Shown: positions 51,074 to 64,000 of the stretch, piece after piece | How the letters are laid out: the number at the start of each line of letters is the position of its first letter | How positions within the stretch are numbered: position 1 is the first letter of the stretch | Assembly: GCF_006345805.1 (NCBI RefSeq) | Contig: NC_043017.1 | Coordinates: forward strand, 3,224,001-3,288,000 | Direction: 5' to 3' | DNA length: 64,000 nt | DNA from: Octopus sinensis | Lineage: Eukaryota | Made by a program: the position numbers and the translations under genes | The notes under the pieces: generated by a model | The model's input: only the letters and a program-made list of their open reading frames with translations | The model's database searches: none | What the model was told of the DNA's origin: nothing

Positions 51074-51483
51074 ATATATTCGATATGGTCATATTGCCAG
51101 TTTAGCCAATAAAAACACACGCACTATATATTTGGTGTTATTTTGCTTCAGTGATATTATTTTTTACATTAATCTTAATCTTATTTCGGCCAAAGTTCTT
51201 TCGTCACACTCCTGGTGACCGCATCAGTGGTCCTTTGTTTTCTTCTCACTTAACTTGTGTCTCTCCTTACTAACCGTACAGCCATTTGTGTATTTCTATT
51301 GTTATGTTCATTTGCGCATGCTTATATCTCTATGTGCGTCTATGTTTATTTAGTGTGTGTGGGGGGATGCCTGTAATTTTTGTATCTTCTAGTTATATAC
51401 ATTCTTGTAATTTGTATATGTTTGTTTTGGTTGTTGTTGCTTTTGTTCTAATTTGTGTCGCAAGGACCATAAAGGTTTTACTG
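50587..51483 (+). repeat. Sequence repeated across the scaffold gap (right copy)
   Basis: Collinear with 49564-50486, differing mainly by small indels. Confidence 0.9.
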
Positions 51484-53990
51484 ACCCTATAGCAGGACCA
51501 CAACAAGACCAGTCTGTTGGAGCGATATCGCTAGCAATTACAGAATCTCCCTACTTCCTCTCAATGATCATTACGCCTATAATCAGGATGTCACCTGATG
51601 TGTGTGACAGCACAGAAGATCTCCCTAAGCAGGATCAGTGACTGTAACAAAACTTGTGACTTGACAGGATGTATAGTAGGTAGCATGGATTGTGGTATCC
51701 TATACCCATCGATTGACGTAGATTTTGCAGTGGGGAAGTGCGTGGAGATGATCAACGACGAGGCCAGGTGAGTTTCTGTAATGTCGACACAGAAGAACTG
51801 GGCCTCCTACTTAGACTGACATATAATAGTGAATACTTAGATAAACATAATCTTAGTAGTTTCTGCCCCAGAGCCCATAGATTTAAGAGGTTAGACCGCC
51901 TACAATACTTCTATGGCTAGGAAGACACATATAGAAAGATGGCGCGGAGACAAGAGCCATACGGAGCCCCGCAAATGTCCATCAGGTAAAGAAAATGATC
52001 GCACATGCACTAGGGAGCTAGTATAAGAGTTACCCTAAAAGGCCACACATTTAAATTTAATAATAAAATATATGCCCAGGACGAGGGGGGGGGCCAGCCA
52101 TCGGTGTTAGTATCGCTGATGGTGATGGCCAACCATCTTCATGTATGGTGGGACAGAAGGCTTAAAGAATGCCTACTGCAGAAATCCATACTCGTAACAT
52201 GTACTCTCGCTATGTTGATGATATCAATATAGTAGTAAAGGCACCCCACAAGAGAGTACTGTTGATATAGTAATAGAAACTAATACTATGAGAGAGCATC
52301 CAGCAAATAGCTAACTCCATCCACCAGAGTATTAAGGACAATAGACTACCCCCACTAAACACAACCCAACCATAGACGACCAGTACTAGACACTGAACTC
52401 TGGCTAGAAATTGTGAAAAATAAAACCCAAATCCTTCATTCATACTATGCAAAACCTATGGCCTCAAAATACCTGATCCACCGGAAACTCAGCCATTGCG
52501 GGCATGCCAAATTCAATATTTTGATGGCAGACCTCGTCAGAAAATGAGAAATGTATCACGCATGTGCGAGCCTACAGAATTAAAGAGACACATACAGTAT
52601 TTCATTCACCGCATGCAGTTCTCAGGTTACAGCCATAAGAAAGGATCAGGTATACAAAGGAGCCATGAAGAAATTGATAATATATCGTAATGATAGGAAT
52701 GGGATTTGCCCCACTCTATAGGCAACAAGTCATGGAACACTATAGAAAGGACAAAAAAAAAAGAAAATAGGGAAGGCCAACTCTTGGTATGATAGCCATA
52801 AATACCAGAGTGTCATGTTCGTTGACACCACCCCTGGAGGTGAACTAGCGTACCGCTTTAGAAGGACCTAGATAAACTTAAACTAAGAATTAAGGTTGTT
52901 GAAAAGCCAGGCAACCCTATCGAGATCTATAATTGGTAGAAGCTATCCTTTTAGATAACTCTCTGTACGGATAACTATTGCACTGTATGTAGATTTAGCC
53001 CACAAACGAACTGTAAAGCCAGAAATGTGGTCTATAGTATAAGATGTATAGAGGGGACGATGCAGTAACAAGACAGTAACATACGTAGGGGAAACTGCAA
53101 GAAGCATTGGTGAGCGGGGTGAATGAACATTGGAGACAACTCAAGGAAGGTACTAAAAGCCTCATCGATTCTGTACCAACACGCCGAACAAGAACACGGG
53201 GGATCAATCAATAACATAGAGATTAAGATATTGTCCCACATAGAACAGGACTGCCACAATTAGACAAATTACAGAAGCTACACATATAATAGAAAATAAA
53301 CCTAGCCTGAATAGAAAACTAGAATGGAAGCAATAGCGCACACCACAAACATATGACAATAGTGGATCCTGCAAACATAATAAATACACAGGTAATTAAA
53401 GAAATAGAAATGAATATCTATATGTGTATGTATGGTGTATATATGTATGTATATGCGTAATGTATATGTATGTAATATATATATATATGTATATGTATAT
53501 TTTTTTTTTCGATTAGATTTATTATTATTATTACTAATATTGTTGTTATACATACATACAAGCATATGTAATGATAATAATGGGGGGATGTAAACACATG
53601 AACAAAATTAGAACAAAGCAACAAACAACAAAAACAAAATACAAATTAACAAGAATGTATATAACCAGAGATACAAATATTACAGGCATCCCCCTCCCAC
53701 ACACACACTAAATAAACATAGACGCACATAGAGATATAAGCATGCGCAATGAAGGACATACAATAGAAATACAAAATGGCTGACGGTTAGTAAGGAGAGA
53801 CACAAGTAAGTGAAGAGAAAACAAAGGACCACTGATGCGGTCACAGGAGTGTGACGAAAGAACTTTGCGCCGAAATAAGATTAAGATTAATGTAAAAAAT
53901 AAATATCACTGAAGCAATAACACCAAATATATAGTGCGTGTGTTTTATTGGCTAAACTGGCAATATGACCATTCCGAAATATAACAATAT
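51068..53990 (+). mobile_element. Penelope-like retroelement, 5'-truncated, with inverted terminal repeat
   Basis: RT plus GIY-YIG remnant; 53601-53990 is the reverse complement of about 51068-51455. Confidence 0.88.
51505..53336 (+). pseudogene. Penelope-like RT plus GIY-YIG endonuclease (frameshifted)
   Basis: GSMD..LYPSIDV (about 51680), AIGVSIA..ANLFMVWWDRRL, MYSRYVDDINIVV (52199), YYAKPMAS, NCKARNVVYSI..TYVGETARSIGER..EHW, ends PSLNRKLEWKQ*. Confidence 0.88.
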
Positions 53991-54045
53991 CTGTTTCAAC
54001 ACACGACTTCACATAAAAAATCTTGCACAACAAATATTTACAACG

Positions 54046-54092
<47 letters not shown>

Positions 54093-54616
54093 TATTGTCT
54101 ATATATATATAATATGTGTGTGTGTGTGTTATATATATACTATATTATATATATAAATATATAATATATATACATATATGTAGTCATATATATATATATG
54201 TATATATATATATATGGTGAGTATATATATATACACACACATACACACACGGCTCATACATGGTGTGTGTGTGTCTGTCGTTGTCTGTCTGTATGTCTGT
54301 GTGTCTGTGTCTGTGTTGTGTCGGGTGTGGTGTGTGTGTGGTGTGTGTGTGTGTGTGTGTGTGCCTGTGTGTGTGTGTGTGTGTGTTGAGAACCGTTACA
54401 GATAGGTTAAGTAGAAATATGCATACGGAGGCGTGATCATTTGTTTAATGAGCATTATACAAACAAACCTTGAATCTTCGAGGAGGTACCACGATGTTTG
54501 TTTAGAAATTAAGATCTTGAATGAAGTAGAATTGCTGTGAAAAATAGCTTTAGAAAATCGGGTAAAAGCACTTCCATAGATGGAAAAATTAATAAGAAAA
54601 ACAAAAACCTTATATA

Positions 54617-55039
54617 TCAGGTCATCCCATAAGTTCTGTCCGAATTTTGAATAAAGAAAACAAGTGATCAAGTGTTATATTTAATTGAAATTTAATCCTC
54701 AATGTACTTTCCCAGATTATCTATGACTTCCTTCCATCTATTTACAAACTTCTTAATCCCATCAATGTAAAACTCTTTTGGATTCAAAGCGAAGAACTCT
54801 GAAACGTCAGTTTCGACCTCTTCTTATCTTGCGAAAGTTGTCCCCCAAATGATTCTATAAACTACGAAACAAATGGTAGTCTGAAGGAGTAAGGTCGGGA
54901 GAATAAGGTGGATGACGAATTTTTTCCCAACCAAGCCCTTCGATCTTCTGTGATGTATTCTTTGCAGCGTGGGGTCGCGCATTGTCCCGATGAAACATCA
55001 CTCTTTTTCGATTCACTAAAGCGGGTCTTTATTTTCTTC
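54617..55039 (-). mobile_element. Mariner 3' fragment (second family)
   Basis: Minus strand VMFHRDNARPHAAK..GWEKIRHPP, PSDYHLFRSL, FYIDGIKKFVNRWKEVIDNLGKYIED*; TIR-like TA|TCAGGTCATCCCATAAG. Confidence 0.85.
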
Positions 55040-55148
55040 AAAGGCAAAGTCGACCTCGGCGGAAATTGAACTCAGAACGTAGCGGCAGACGAAATACCGC
55101 TAAGCATTTCCCCCGGCGTACAAACGTTTCTGCCAGCTCGCCGCCTTG
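55040..55148 (-). mobile_element. SINE family B head
   Basis: Ends TTCTGCCAGCTCGCCGCCTT; truncates the mariner. Confidence 0.8.
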
Positions 55149-55444
55149 CCGCCTTAAATATTATTAACATAATGCTTCCCTGTATGTGCACAAGACCTGA
55201 CGTTTTTTTTTTTTTTTTTTTTTTGGTAGGGTAGAGTCTAGTAGGTTATATCGATCCCAGCGCTCAACTGGTACTTATTTTATCGACTTCGAAAGGATGA
55301 AAAGCAGAGTCAACCTCGGCGGAATTTGAAGTGGGGTCGCAAGGCCAGGCGAAACGCCACTAAGCTTTTTACGCGCCATACTGGCGATTCTGTCAATGCA
55401 ACGTAACAGAAGAACAAATCAGTTGATGCATAAGATTTGTACAG

Positions 55445-55633
55445 GATATTCTTTCAGTCATTTTACTGTGGCCATGCTGGAGCACCGCCTTCCGTCGAAC
55501 AAATCAACCCCAGGACTTATTGTTTGCAAGCATAATACTTATTCCATCGTTACGGAGGCGTAAATACACCAACATCGGTTGTCAAGCGATGGTAGGAAGA
55601 CAAAAACAGACACATAAATACTTACATACATAC

Positions 55634-55683
<50 letters not shown>

Positions 55684-55790
55684 GACGGGCTTCTTTCAGT
55701 TTCCGTCTACCGAATCCACTTACAAGGCTTTGGTGGGCCCGAGGCTATAGTAGGGTGAACCCGAAACAATGCGGTCGGGAACCAAACTTG
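55445..55790 (-). mobile_element. SINE family A (older, diverged)
   Basis: Reverse family A sequence with internal (TA)n. Confidence 0.8.
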
Positions 55791-56095
55791 TTACCACACG
55801 TTTAATATCCAAAAGGGAAATCTTGGTGGACCTGTGTCTCATTAGACTGCCTTTGTCTTTTAGTTTTTTTTTTTAAATCCCGTATCTTGGATTAAGCCGG
55901 GGAGCTGGCAGAATCGTTAGCACATCGGCTGAATTATTTAGAGGCATTTCTTCAGTCTTTACACCCCGAGTTCGAATCCCGCCGAAGTCGACTTGACCTT
56001 TCATCCTTTCCTGGTCTATAAAATAATGTACCGGTCAGATACCAAGGTCGGTATAACCGACTAGTTTCTCCCTTCAAAATTCCTTATGCCAAAAT

Positions 56096-56175
<80 letters not shown>

Positions 56176-56543
56176 GCATATCCTATGTTGGTTCAGAATG
56201 AAAAAGCTATATTTCAAGGTCTTTTTAGTGCAAATGCACCGAATATTGAAATCAACCAAATTTATGTTCAATGTCTTTTTAATACAAATACATAAGGATA
56301 CTGAATGCAACTAACAAAATCCTGCTTTTTAGGCAAAATAGTTGGATAATTAAAGTTATTCATGGGCTCATTTATAAACATTGATATGCAAATTTAACGG
56401 AAAATTCAATTAGTTGATTTATTGCTAATTAGGCGGTGTCAAGCGGGCGTTAAATTATGATAATGAATTAAAGAAACCGTAGAATTATGTTGAAATAAGA
56501 GTAGACGTGGGTATTTCACAATTAGCAATCTCTTTTATTGTAG

Positions 56544-56639
56544 ACTAGCACTATGACCCAGCAACGCCGGGTCATAGTGCTAGTGCATGTATATACAGCT
56601 GCGTGCGTGCGCACATACACGCGAATACTGACCAAATCT
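56544..56639 (-). repeat. Inverted copy of the 3' end of the neighbouring Helitron-like element
   Basis: Reverse complement of 57055-57153, including the terminal palindrome. Confidence 0.85.
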
Positions 56640-56800
56640 TTCTTTCTTCGTTTTCTCACTCTCTCTTTTATTTCTAGACATATATTTAAATATCTTAACC
56701 AACCAACCAACCAACCAAACCACTAAATAGTTTTAAATATGAAAACAGCATCCCATCTCTTTTTTAAATAAAATCAGATTACTCGAATATAAGCTTGTAA

Positions 56801-57152
56801 TCTCTCTCTATATAAACGGCAAAATGTCTGTGTGTTTGTCCTTTATAAAAATCCACAATTTTTTAGTTAGAGGGCTCGCACTTTCTATGGTCATTCAAAA
56901 CCGTCCAAGGGTGGTCGAGCACATCTTTACATTTCCCCAGTCCCCCCGCAAAGCCTTTAAAAATCAATAGAAGTGACTTTTTTGTGAATTTTCTATCCAA
57001 AACCCAATCAAAATGTCCGAATTGAATGCCAGCTAGCTGTATGTGATTGGTTGGAGATTTGGACAGTACTCGCGTGTATGTGTGCACGCACGCAGCTGTA
57101 TACGCATGCACTAGCACTATGACACGGCAACGTTGCTGGGTCATAGTGCTAG
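56801..57152 (+). mobile_element. Non-autonomous Helitron/Helentron-like element
   Basis: A|TC start; ends in palindrome ACTAGCACTATGAC..GTCATAGTGCTAG|T. Confidence 0.7.
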
Positions 57153-57635
57153 TATATAATAAATGTTTTAGTTATGTAACGGGTGATATTAATTAGTTGA
57201 GTCACCAATTTGTAACGATTGAAGTTTATTTGTAAACAATAGAGGTTGAAATTAATTTTGTAAACTATAATATGAGATGTCGGCATCGTAATCAGTGTGT
57301 AAAGATTGGTTCTTCGTCGATAGCCATTATGTAAAGAATATTGTTGACAGTAGCTTGGAAGATTTGGCCAGCTCAAAGATGAGTTGAATGCAACAAAGAC
57401 TATATAAAGTATTCCTGAATGAGAAAAGGAAGAAAATAAAGAAATCGACTGGCAGATATCAATTTATTCAAAGATTCTTAAATCCATATAAGGAAATTCC
57501 AGTCCTACAGCTGTTTCCATATCCAATTAGTTCAGTAACACAAATTAAATTAAGTTAATCTAATTTAAATTTTCATGTTGAAACTTGTTAATTGGGTATT
57601 TCATCAAGGAAGAATTTTCCCAAAAGTGAGTTATA

Positions 57636-58201
57636 TTGGGTTGTCCGGAAAGTTCATGCCGATTTATAGTAGCTTACCTTTCGACTTATTTCAGAAATTG
57701 GTTGAGTCCATAAAATAGGATTTGACTACGTCTCCATTTAGAGGACAGTTTAAGCTATCTTTTCGTGGAAGAAGGTTTATGTTCCTATAACCTGTGTTAA
57801 TTCTGTAACCCTTTAAAATCGAAGATAAGAAAGTTCATTTTCGGCACTTGATGCTTTGAGAACCAGACAAAAATTGCTGCAGTTCGGCTGGGATGTGTTA
57901 CCCCAGCCTCCATATTCACCAGATATTGCTCCTTCGGATTTCCACTTATTCAGGTCTCTGCAGAATAGTCTTAATGGTAAAAATTTCAATTCCTTGGCTG
58001 ACGTAAAAAGATACCTTAATGAATTCTTTGCCATGAAACCACCTCAATTCTAGGAAGAGAGTATTTTCAAGTGAATAGAAAGATGGAGACGCATTGTGCA
58101 ACAAAATGGTTCATATTTGGTTGATTAAAAATGTAATGGCAAGTATTTATTGACCTGTATCTTTCCTTTAAAAATCGGCAAGAACTTTCCGGACAACCCA
58201 A
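57636..58201 (+). mobile_element. Internally deleted mariner element with both TIRs
   Basis: TA|TTGGGTTGTCCGGAAAGTTC...GAACTTTCCGGACAACCCAA|TA; encodes EDKKVHFRHLML fused to RTRQKLLQFGWDVLPQPPYSPDIAPSDFHLF. Confidence 0.93.
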
Positions 58202-58723
58202 TATTTTAACGTGTTGTTGACCTACGACAGACTCAGATGTGTGCGTTTTAGAATATGTGCGTTATTTAAAAAAGAAACGTTGTTCTCATATATATACATA
58301 TATAAACAAATACATTTGATACATTTGTGCGAGATCATATGTAATATATGATGGCTTTTATTATTATTTGAGAGCGAATTTAGGGCAAAATATATGTTTA
58401 GACAGAGAGAGAATGTGAGAGAGATGATAACATTCATCATGTAGTTATGTTTTCGTTTGTTTAAAATACTTAAGACAATAAATATGACGCATCACAACTG
58501 AAAGTTAATTACCATGTAGTAGTGGTCCGTCATCAATATATGTGCGTAAATCTACGGTCAATACAAACTTTGTAAACAGATGTAAAATCTAAACATTACA
58601 CAGATAATTTATAATAAAACTAAGAACACTAAAGTTGTAATTACTATTAAGATAATATGTTTTATCTCAAATTTAGTTTTATAAATTATCATAAGAATCT
58701 CAACGATGTATTTATGAGAAACA

Positions 58724-59322
58724 AGGCGGCGAGCTGGCAGAAACTTTAGCACGCCGGACGAAATGCTTAGCGGTATTTCGTCTGCCATTACGTTCTGAGT
58801 TCAAATTCCACCGAGGTCGACTTTGCCTTTCATCCTTTCGGGGTCGATTAAATAAATACCAGTTACGCACTGGGGTCGATATAATCGACTTAATCCGTGT
58901 GTCTGTCCTTGTCTGTCCATTCTGTATTTAGCTTCTTGTGGGTAGTAAAGAAATAGGTATTTCGTCTGTCTTTACGTTCTGAGTTCAAATTCTGCCGAGG
59001 TAGACTTTGCCTTTCATCCTTTCGGGGTCGATTAAATAAGTACTAGTTTCGCACTGGGGTCGATGTAATCGACTTAATCCGTTTGTCTGTCTTTATTTGT
59101 CCCCTCTGTGTTTAGCCCCTTGTGAGTAGTAAAGAAATAGGTATTTCGTCAGTCTTTACGTTCTGAGTTCAAATTCCGCCGAGGTCGACTTTGCCTTTCA
59201 TCCTTTCGGGGTCGATAAATTAAGTACCAGTTACGCACTGAGGTCGATATAATCGACTTAATCCGTTTGTCTGTCCTTGTTTGTCCCCTCTACGTTTAGC
59301 CCCTTGTGGGCAATAAGGAAAT
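58724..59322 (+). mobile_element. SINE family B with three ~184-bp tandem repeats
   Basis: TATTTCGTC at 58774, 58958 and 59142. Confidence 0.9.
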
Positions 59323-59654
59323 AAGGGAACGCTGGTATGCATGGGCGACTGATGATCTTCCCTAAACATCAGGACTTGTGCCCCGGAGGGGAACATTCGG
59401 AGTGCAATCCCATGGTCATTTATGACAGAAGGAAGTCTCCATAAATTTTTCCTCTGAAGAAGGTGCTAGTTTGTAAGATACAAACTCCATCTTTGAAATG
59501 CAGATAACGAAATCAATGTCTCATTTTAAACCTGAGAAAAGTCTTGCAGGGTTTAACTGTTCCGCTTACAAATTGTTTTTTATGATGTGCGAGTCAGTTG
59601 GTTGATTACTTTTTCTGTAAAATCCAAACTTACTCAGACTGACAGTCAGGCATT

Positions 59655-59760
59655 TACCTACAAAAACCAAGTGCCCCAATTATTATTGGTATAAATGTAA
59701 TTTTGTAATCCAGATATAGAAGCTTGAGATTACGAAGCACATGTAACGAATGCGTACACA
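59655..59760 (-). pseudogene. R4/Dong-like LINE C-terminal remnant
   Basis: LRNLKLLYLDYKITFIPIIIGALG resembles the RLE-domain tail motif (IIIGALG). Confidence 0.55.
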
Positions 59761-60018
59761 TACTTAATTTATGCTTAACTGCATATTTATGAGTGTATGT
59801 ATATATATATATTATATATATAATAAATATATAGATATATATATATATATATATAGATATATATATATATATATATAATATATACATATACATATATAAT
59901 AAATATATATATATATATATATAATATATATATAATATACATATACATTACATACACACACACACACACATATAGATATACATACATATATAATATATAT
60001 ATTATATATATATATATA

Positions 60019-60064
<46 letters not shown>

Positions 60065-60189
60065 TATATGTATATATATATATAATTATGTTATATATTA
60101 TATATTATATATATACATATACTATATGCTTACGTAATTTTACGTAATTTGTTTCAGGCAAATAATAGGATGTTTGTATAACCGATATA

Positions 60190-60510
<321 letters not shown>

Positions 60511-61072
60511 CATGTGCGCGCGCGCACGTGTGTAGTATATGTATTTATGATTATCACAAGCTTAGATCTGGAAGTGCGGTTAAGAAACTCGCTTTGCGAC
60601 GATGTGGTTTCGGTTTCAGTTTCACTGGATGGCACCTTGTGCAAGTGGCTTCCACTGTAGCCCCCCCGGGCCAGCCAAAGCCGTATGAGCATGGTAGACG
60701 GAAACTGAACAGAAGCCCGTTGTATACGTGTGTGAGTGTGTGTGTATGTGAGTGTGTGTGTGTGTGTGTGTATGTGTGCGTGTGTGTGTGTGTATGTGTG
60801 CGTGTGTGTGTGTGTGTGTGAGTGTGTGTTGAGAGTATTTATCTCTCATAGCATATGACAATCGGTGTTGTTTTATTTACGTTCCTGTATCTTAACAGTT
60901 CGGCAAAAGATTCCCGACAGAATAAATACCAGGCTTAGAAATGAAGTTGTGGAATCAATTAGTTCAACTAAAAAAATCCCTTCAACGCAGTGCCCCAGCT
61001 TCGCCGCAGTTCATTGACTGAAACAAGTAAAACGGTAAAAGACACATATGAATATATATGTGTATGTATACT

Positions 61073-61458
61073 GGATGGAAGCACTCCGTCGGTTCCGACG
61101 ACGAGGGTTCCGGTTGATCCGAATCAACGGAACAGCCTGCTCGTGAAATTAACGTGTAAGTGGCTGAGCACTCCACAGACACGTGCACCCTTAACGCAGT
61201 TCTCGGGGATATTCAGCGTGACACAGAGAGTGACAAGGCCGGCCCTTTGAAATACAGGTACAACAGAAACAGGAAGTAAGAGTGAGAGAAAGTTGTGGTG
61301 AAAGAGTACAGCAGGGATCACCACCATCCCCTGCCGGAGCCTCGTGGAGCTTTAGGTGTTTTTGCTCAATAAACACTCACAACGCCCGGTCTGGGAATCG
61401 AAACCGCGATCCTATGACCGCGAGTCCGCTGCCCTAACCACTGGGCCATTGCGCCTCC
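61073..61458 (-). mobile_element. Full-length SINE family C with 11-bp TSD
   Basis: GTATGTATACT at 61062-61072 and 61459-61469. Confidence 0.92.
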
Positions 61459-61847
61459 GTATGTATACTATATATCGTATAGAAAGTAACTGGACAGAAG
61501 CGTTAGAGCGTCGAACAAAATGCTTTACGCATTTTATTTCGAGTGCCTTACGCTCTGAGTTCAAATCTCGCTTTGGTCACTTCTATTTCTCATCCCTCCG
61601 TGGCTCTATAAAATATAGTAACCAGTCAAATTCTAAGATATGTGTAATCGACTGACATTGGTAAATTCCAGACGTCTTCCAGAATCTCGAAAGAATCTTA
61701 ATTTTGTTTGTTTTTCTCTGCTGGAGTTGGATAATTGTTTATACGGATTCAACTCCGCCCCTTTCGTTGTGATGCCATCTGTCAATGTGAACATGTTCAG
61801 TAACAATGAGTAGGATCCAAGTTCTGGTAGTTCTCATAGAGTTTTGG

Positions 61848-63370
61848 TATGTATGGAATTATGTATGTATGTGTGTATATATGTATGTATGTATTATGTA
61901 TGTATGTATGTATATATGTATGTATGTGTGTATGTATGTATGCATGTATGTATGTATGTGTATATGTATGTATGTATGTATGTGTGTATGTATGTATGTA
62001 TGTGTGTATGTATGTATGTATGCATGTATTTATGTATGTATGTATGTGTATATGTATGTATATATGTATGTGTGTATGTATGTATGTATGTATGTATGTA
62101 TGTATGTATGTATGTATGTATGTATGTGTGTATGTATTTATGTATGTATGTATGTATGTATGTATGTATGTATGTATGTATGTATGTATGCATGTATGTA
62201 TGTATGTATGCATGTATGTATGTATGTATGTGTGTATGTATGTATGTATGTATGTATGTATGTACGTACGTATGTATGTATGTATGTATGTATGTATGTA
62301 TGTATGTATGTATGTATGTGTGTATGTATTTATGTATGTATGTATGTATGTATGTATGTATGTATGTATGTATGTGTGTATGTATGTATGTATGTATGTA
62401 TGTATGTGTGTATGTATTATGTATGTATGTATGTATGTATGTATGTATGTATGTATGTATGTATGCATGTATGTATGTATGTATGCATGTATGTATGTAT
62501 GTATGTGTGTGTGTATGTATGTATGTATGTATGTATGTATGTACGTACGTACGTATGTATGTATGTATGTATGTATGTATGTATGTATGTGTGTATGTAT
62601 GTATGTATGTATGTATGTATGTATGTAGTATGTATGTGTGTATGTATGTATGTGTGCATGCATGTATGTAGGTATGTATGTATGTATTGTATGTATGTAT
62701 GTATGTACGTATGTATGTATGTACGTATGTATGTATGTATGTCTGTATGTATGTATGTTGTATGTAGGTGTGTATGTATGTAGTATGTATGTGATGTATG
62801 TATGTATGTATGTATGTGTATGTATGTATTTATGTATGTATGTATGTAATGTATGTATGTATGTATGCATGTATGTATGTATTTATGTATGTATGTATGT
62901 GTATGTATATGTATGTATGTAGTATGTATGCATGTATGTATGTATGTATGTATGTATGTATGTATGTATGTATGTATGTATGTATGTATGTATTATGTAT
63001 GTATGTATGTATGTATGCATGTATGTATGTATGTATGTATGTATGTATGTATGTATGTGTGTATGTATGTATGTATGTATGTATGTATGTATGTATGTAT
63101 GTATGTGTGTATGTATGTATGTATGTATGTATGTATATATGTATGTATGTGTGTATGTATGTATGTATGTATTATGTATGTATGTATGTATGTATGTATG
63201 TATGTATGTATGTATGTGTGTATGTATGTATGTATGTATGTATGTATGTATGTATATATGTATGTATGTGTGTATGTATGTATGTATGTATTATGTATGT
63301 ATGTATGTATTATGTATGTATGTATGTATGTATGTATGTATGTATGTATACATGTATGTATGTATGTAAG
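61848..63370. repeat. About 1.5-kb (TATG)n array
   Basis: Seen directly; source of all long YVCM/HTYI ORFs. Confidence 0.97.
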
Positions 63371-64000
63371 TGTAGATTTACGTATTTACATCCGTATGTA
63401 TATACGTATTTGTGTGTGCGTGTGTATGTGTCTAAGTATGTGTGTACGTCTGCATGTATGTAAATATGTGCATATATTCAGTTTTATTTCTGCACGAGCG
63501 AATGCACTCTTCCTTTGGACGGCGTAATTTATTATAATGGTGCACTCCTGTGGACGGTTCAAGTTGAATTAAGCCGCAGCTGGAAGTCGTTTCAAGTTAA
63601 TAAGCGTAAAATGTACAACTGCCATTTTCGTTAGCAGTTTATGATTTAGTATTAAGCAACTTAGGTAATGAATAAATTCTTTTGAACACAAATTTGGCAG
63701 TTAGAAATAAATTAAAGTCCTTGAAATAAGATCGCAATTGTAGCAGGCATTAGGAATCCGATATCATACTTGAAGCATTTTGTATCGTGTACTTATTTCT
63801 CTCGTAACGCCTGACACAACCGCATTGAAGCTTTTGTTTCAATGAAAGTCATGTATGATAAAGAAAAGCAAACATTTATTTATAGCAAACACACGAATAG
63901 AATAATGTCATGTACAAAAATAAATGTCAGAGCATGCTTATGAGTAAACAGCGTGCATGAAGTAAGAAGGGTCATTGAAGGTAATGTACTGTTAACAGCA

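Noticed and set aside
61797-63527. Very long ORFs (up to 357 aa) on both strands
   Set aside because: Pure (TATG)n translations (YVCM/HTYI) with no coding signature.

Overview
AT-rich, repeat-dominated eukaryotic DNA. The tRNA-derived SINE families match from memory those of octopod cephalopods, so the source is probably an Octopus genome (inference). I recognise no intact host gene. Nearly all listed ORFs are microsatellite or SINE read-throughs. The window holds many SINEs (my own labels A-D), decayed LINEs (RTE, CR1, R4/Dong), mariner and probable Chapaev remnants, non-autonomous Helitron-like elements, a decayed Penelope-like element (RT plus GIY-YIG) with an inverted terminal repeat, a tandem triplication at 11127-27347 and a 100-N scaffold gap. 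The most notable feature lies inside the triplication: a non-coding ~590-bp tandem repeat, each monomer carrying a minus-strand type I hammerhead ribozyme motif (CUGAAGA core, palindromic ACGUACGU helix III, long helix II). It occurs as ~2.6 copies in unit 1, ~1.6 in unit 2 and 0 in unit 3. It is a candidate cephalopod retrozyme or non-autonomous Penelope partner. Several other hammerhead-like motifs of different families, mostly beside (TA)n tracts, occur elsewhere in the window.
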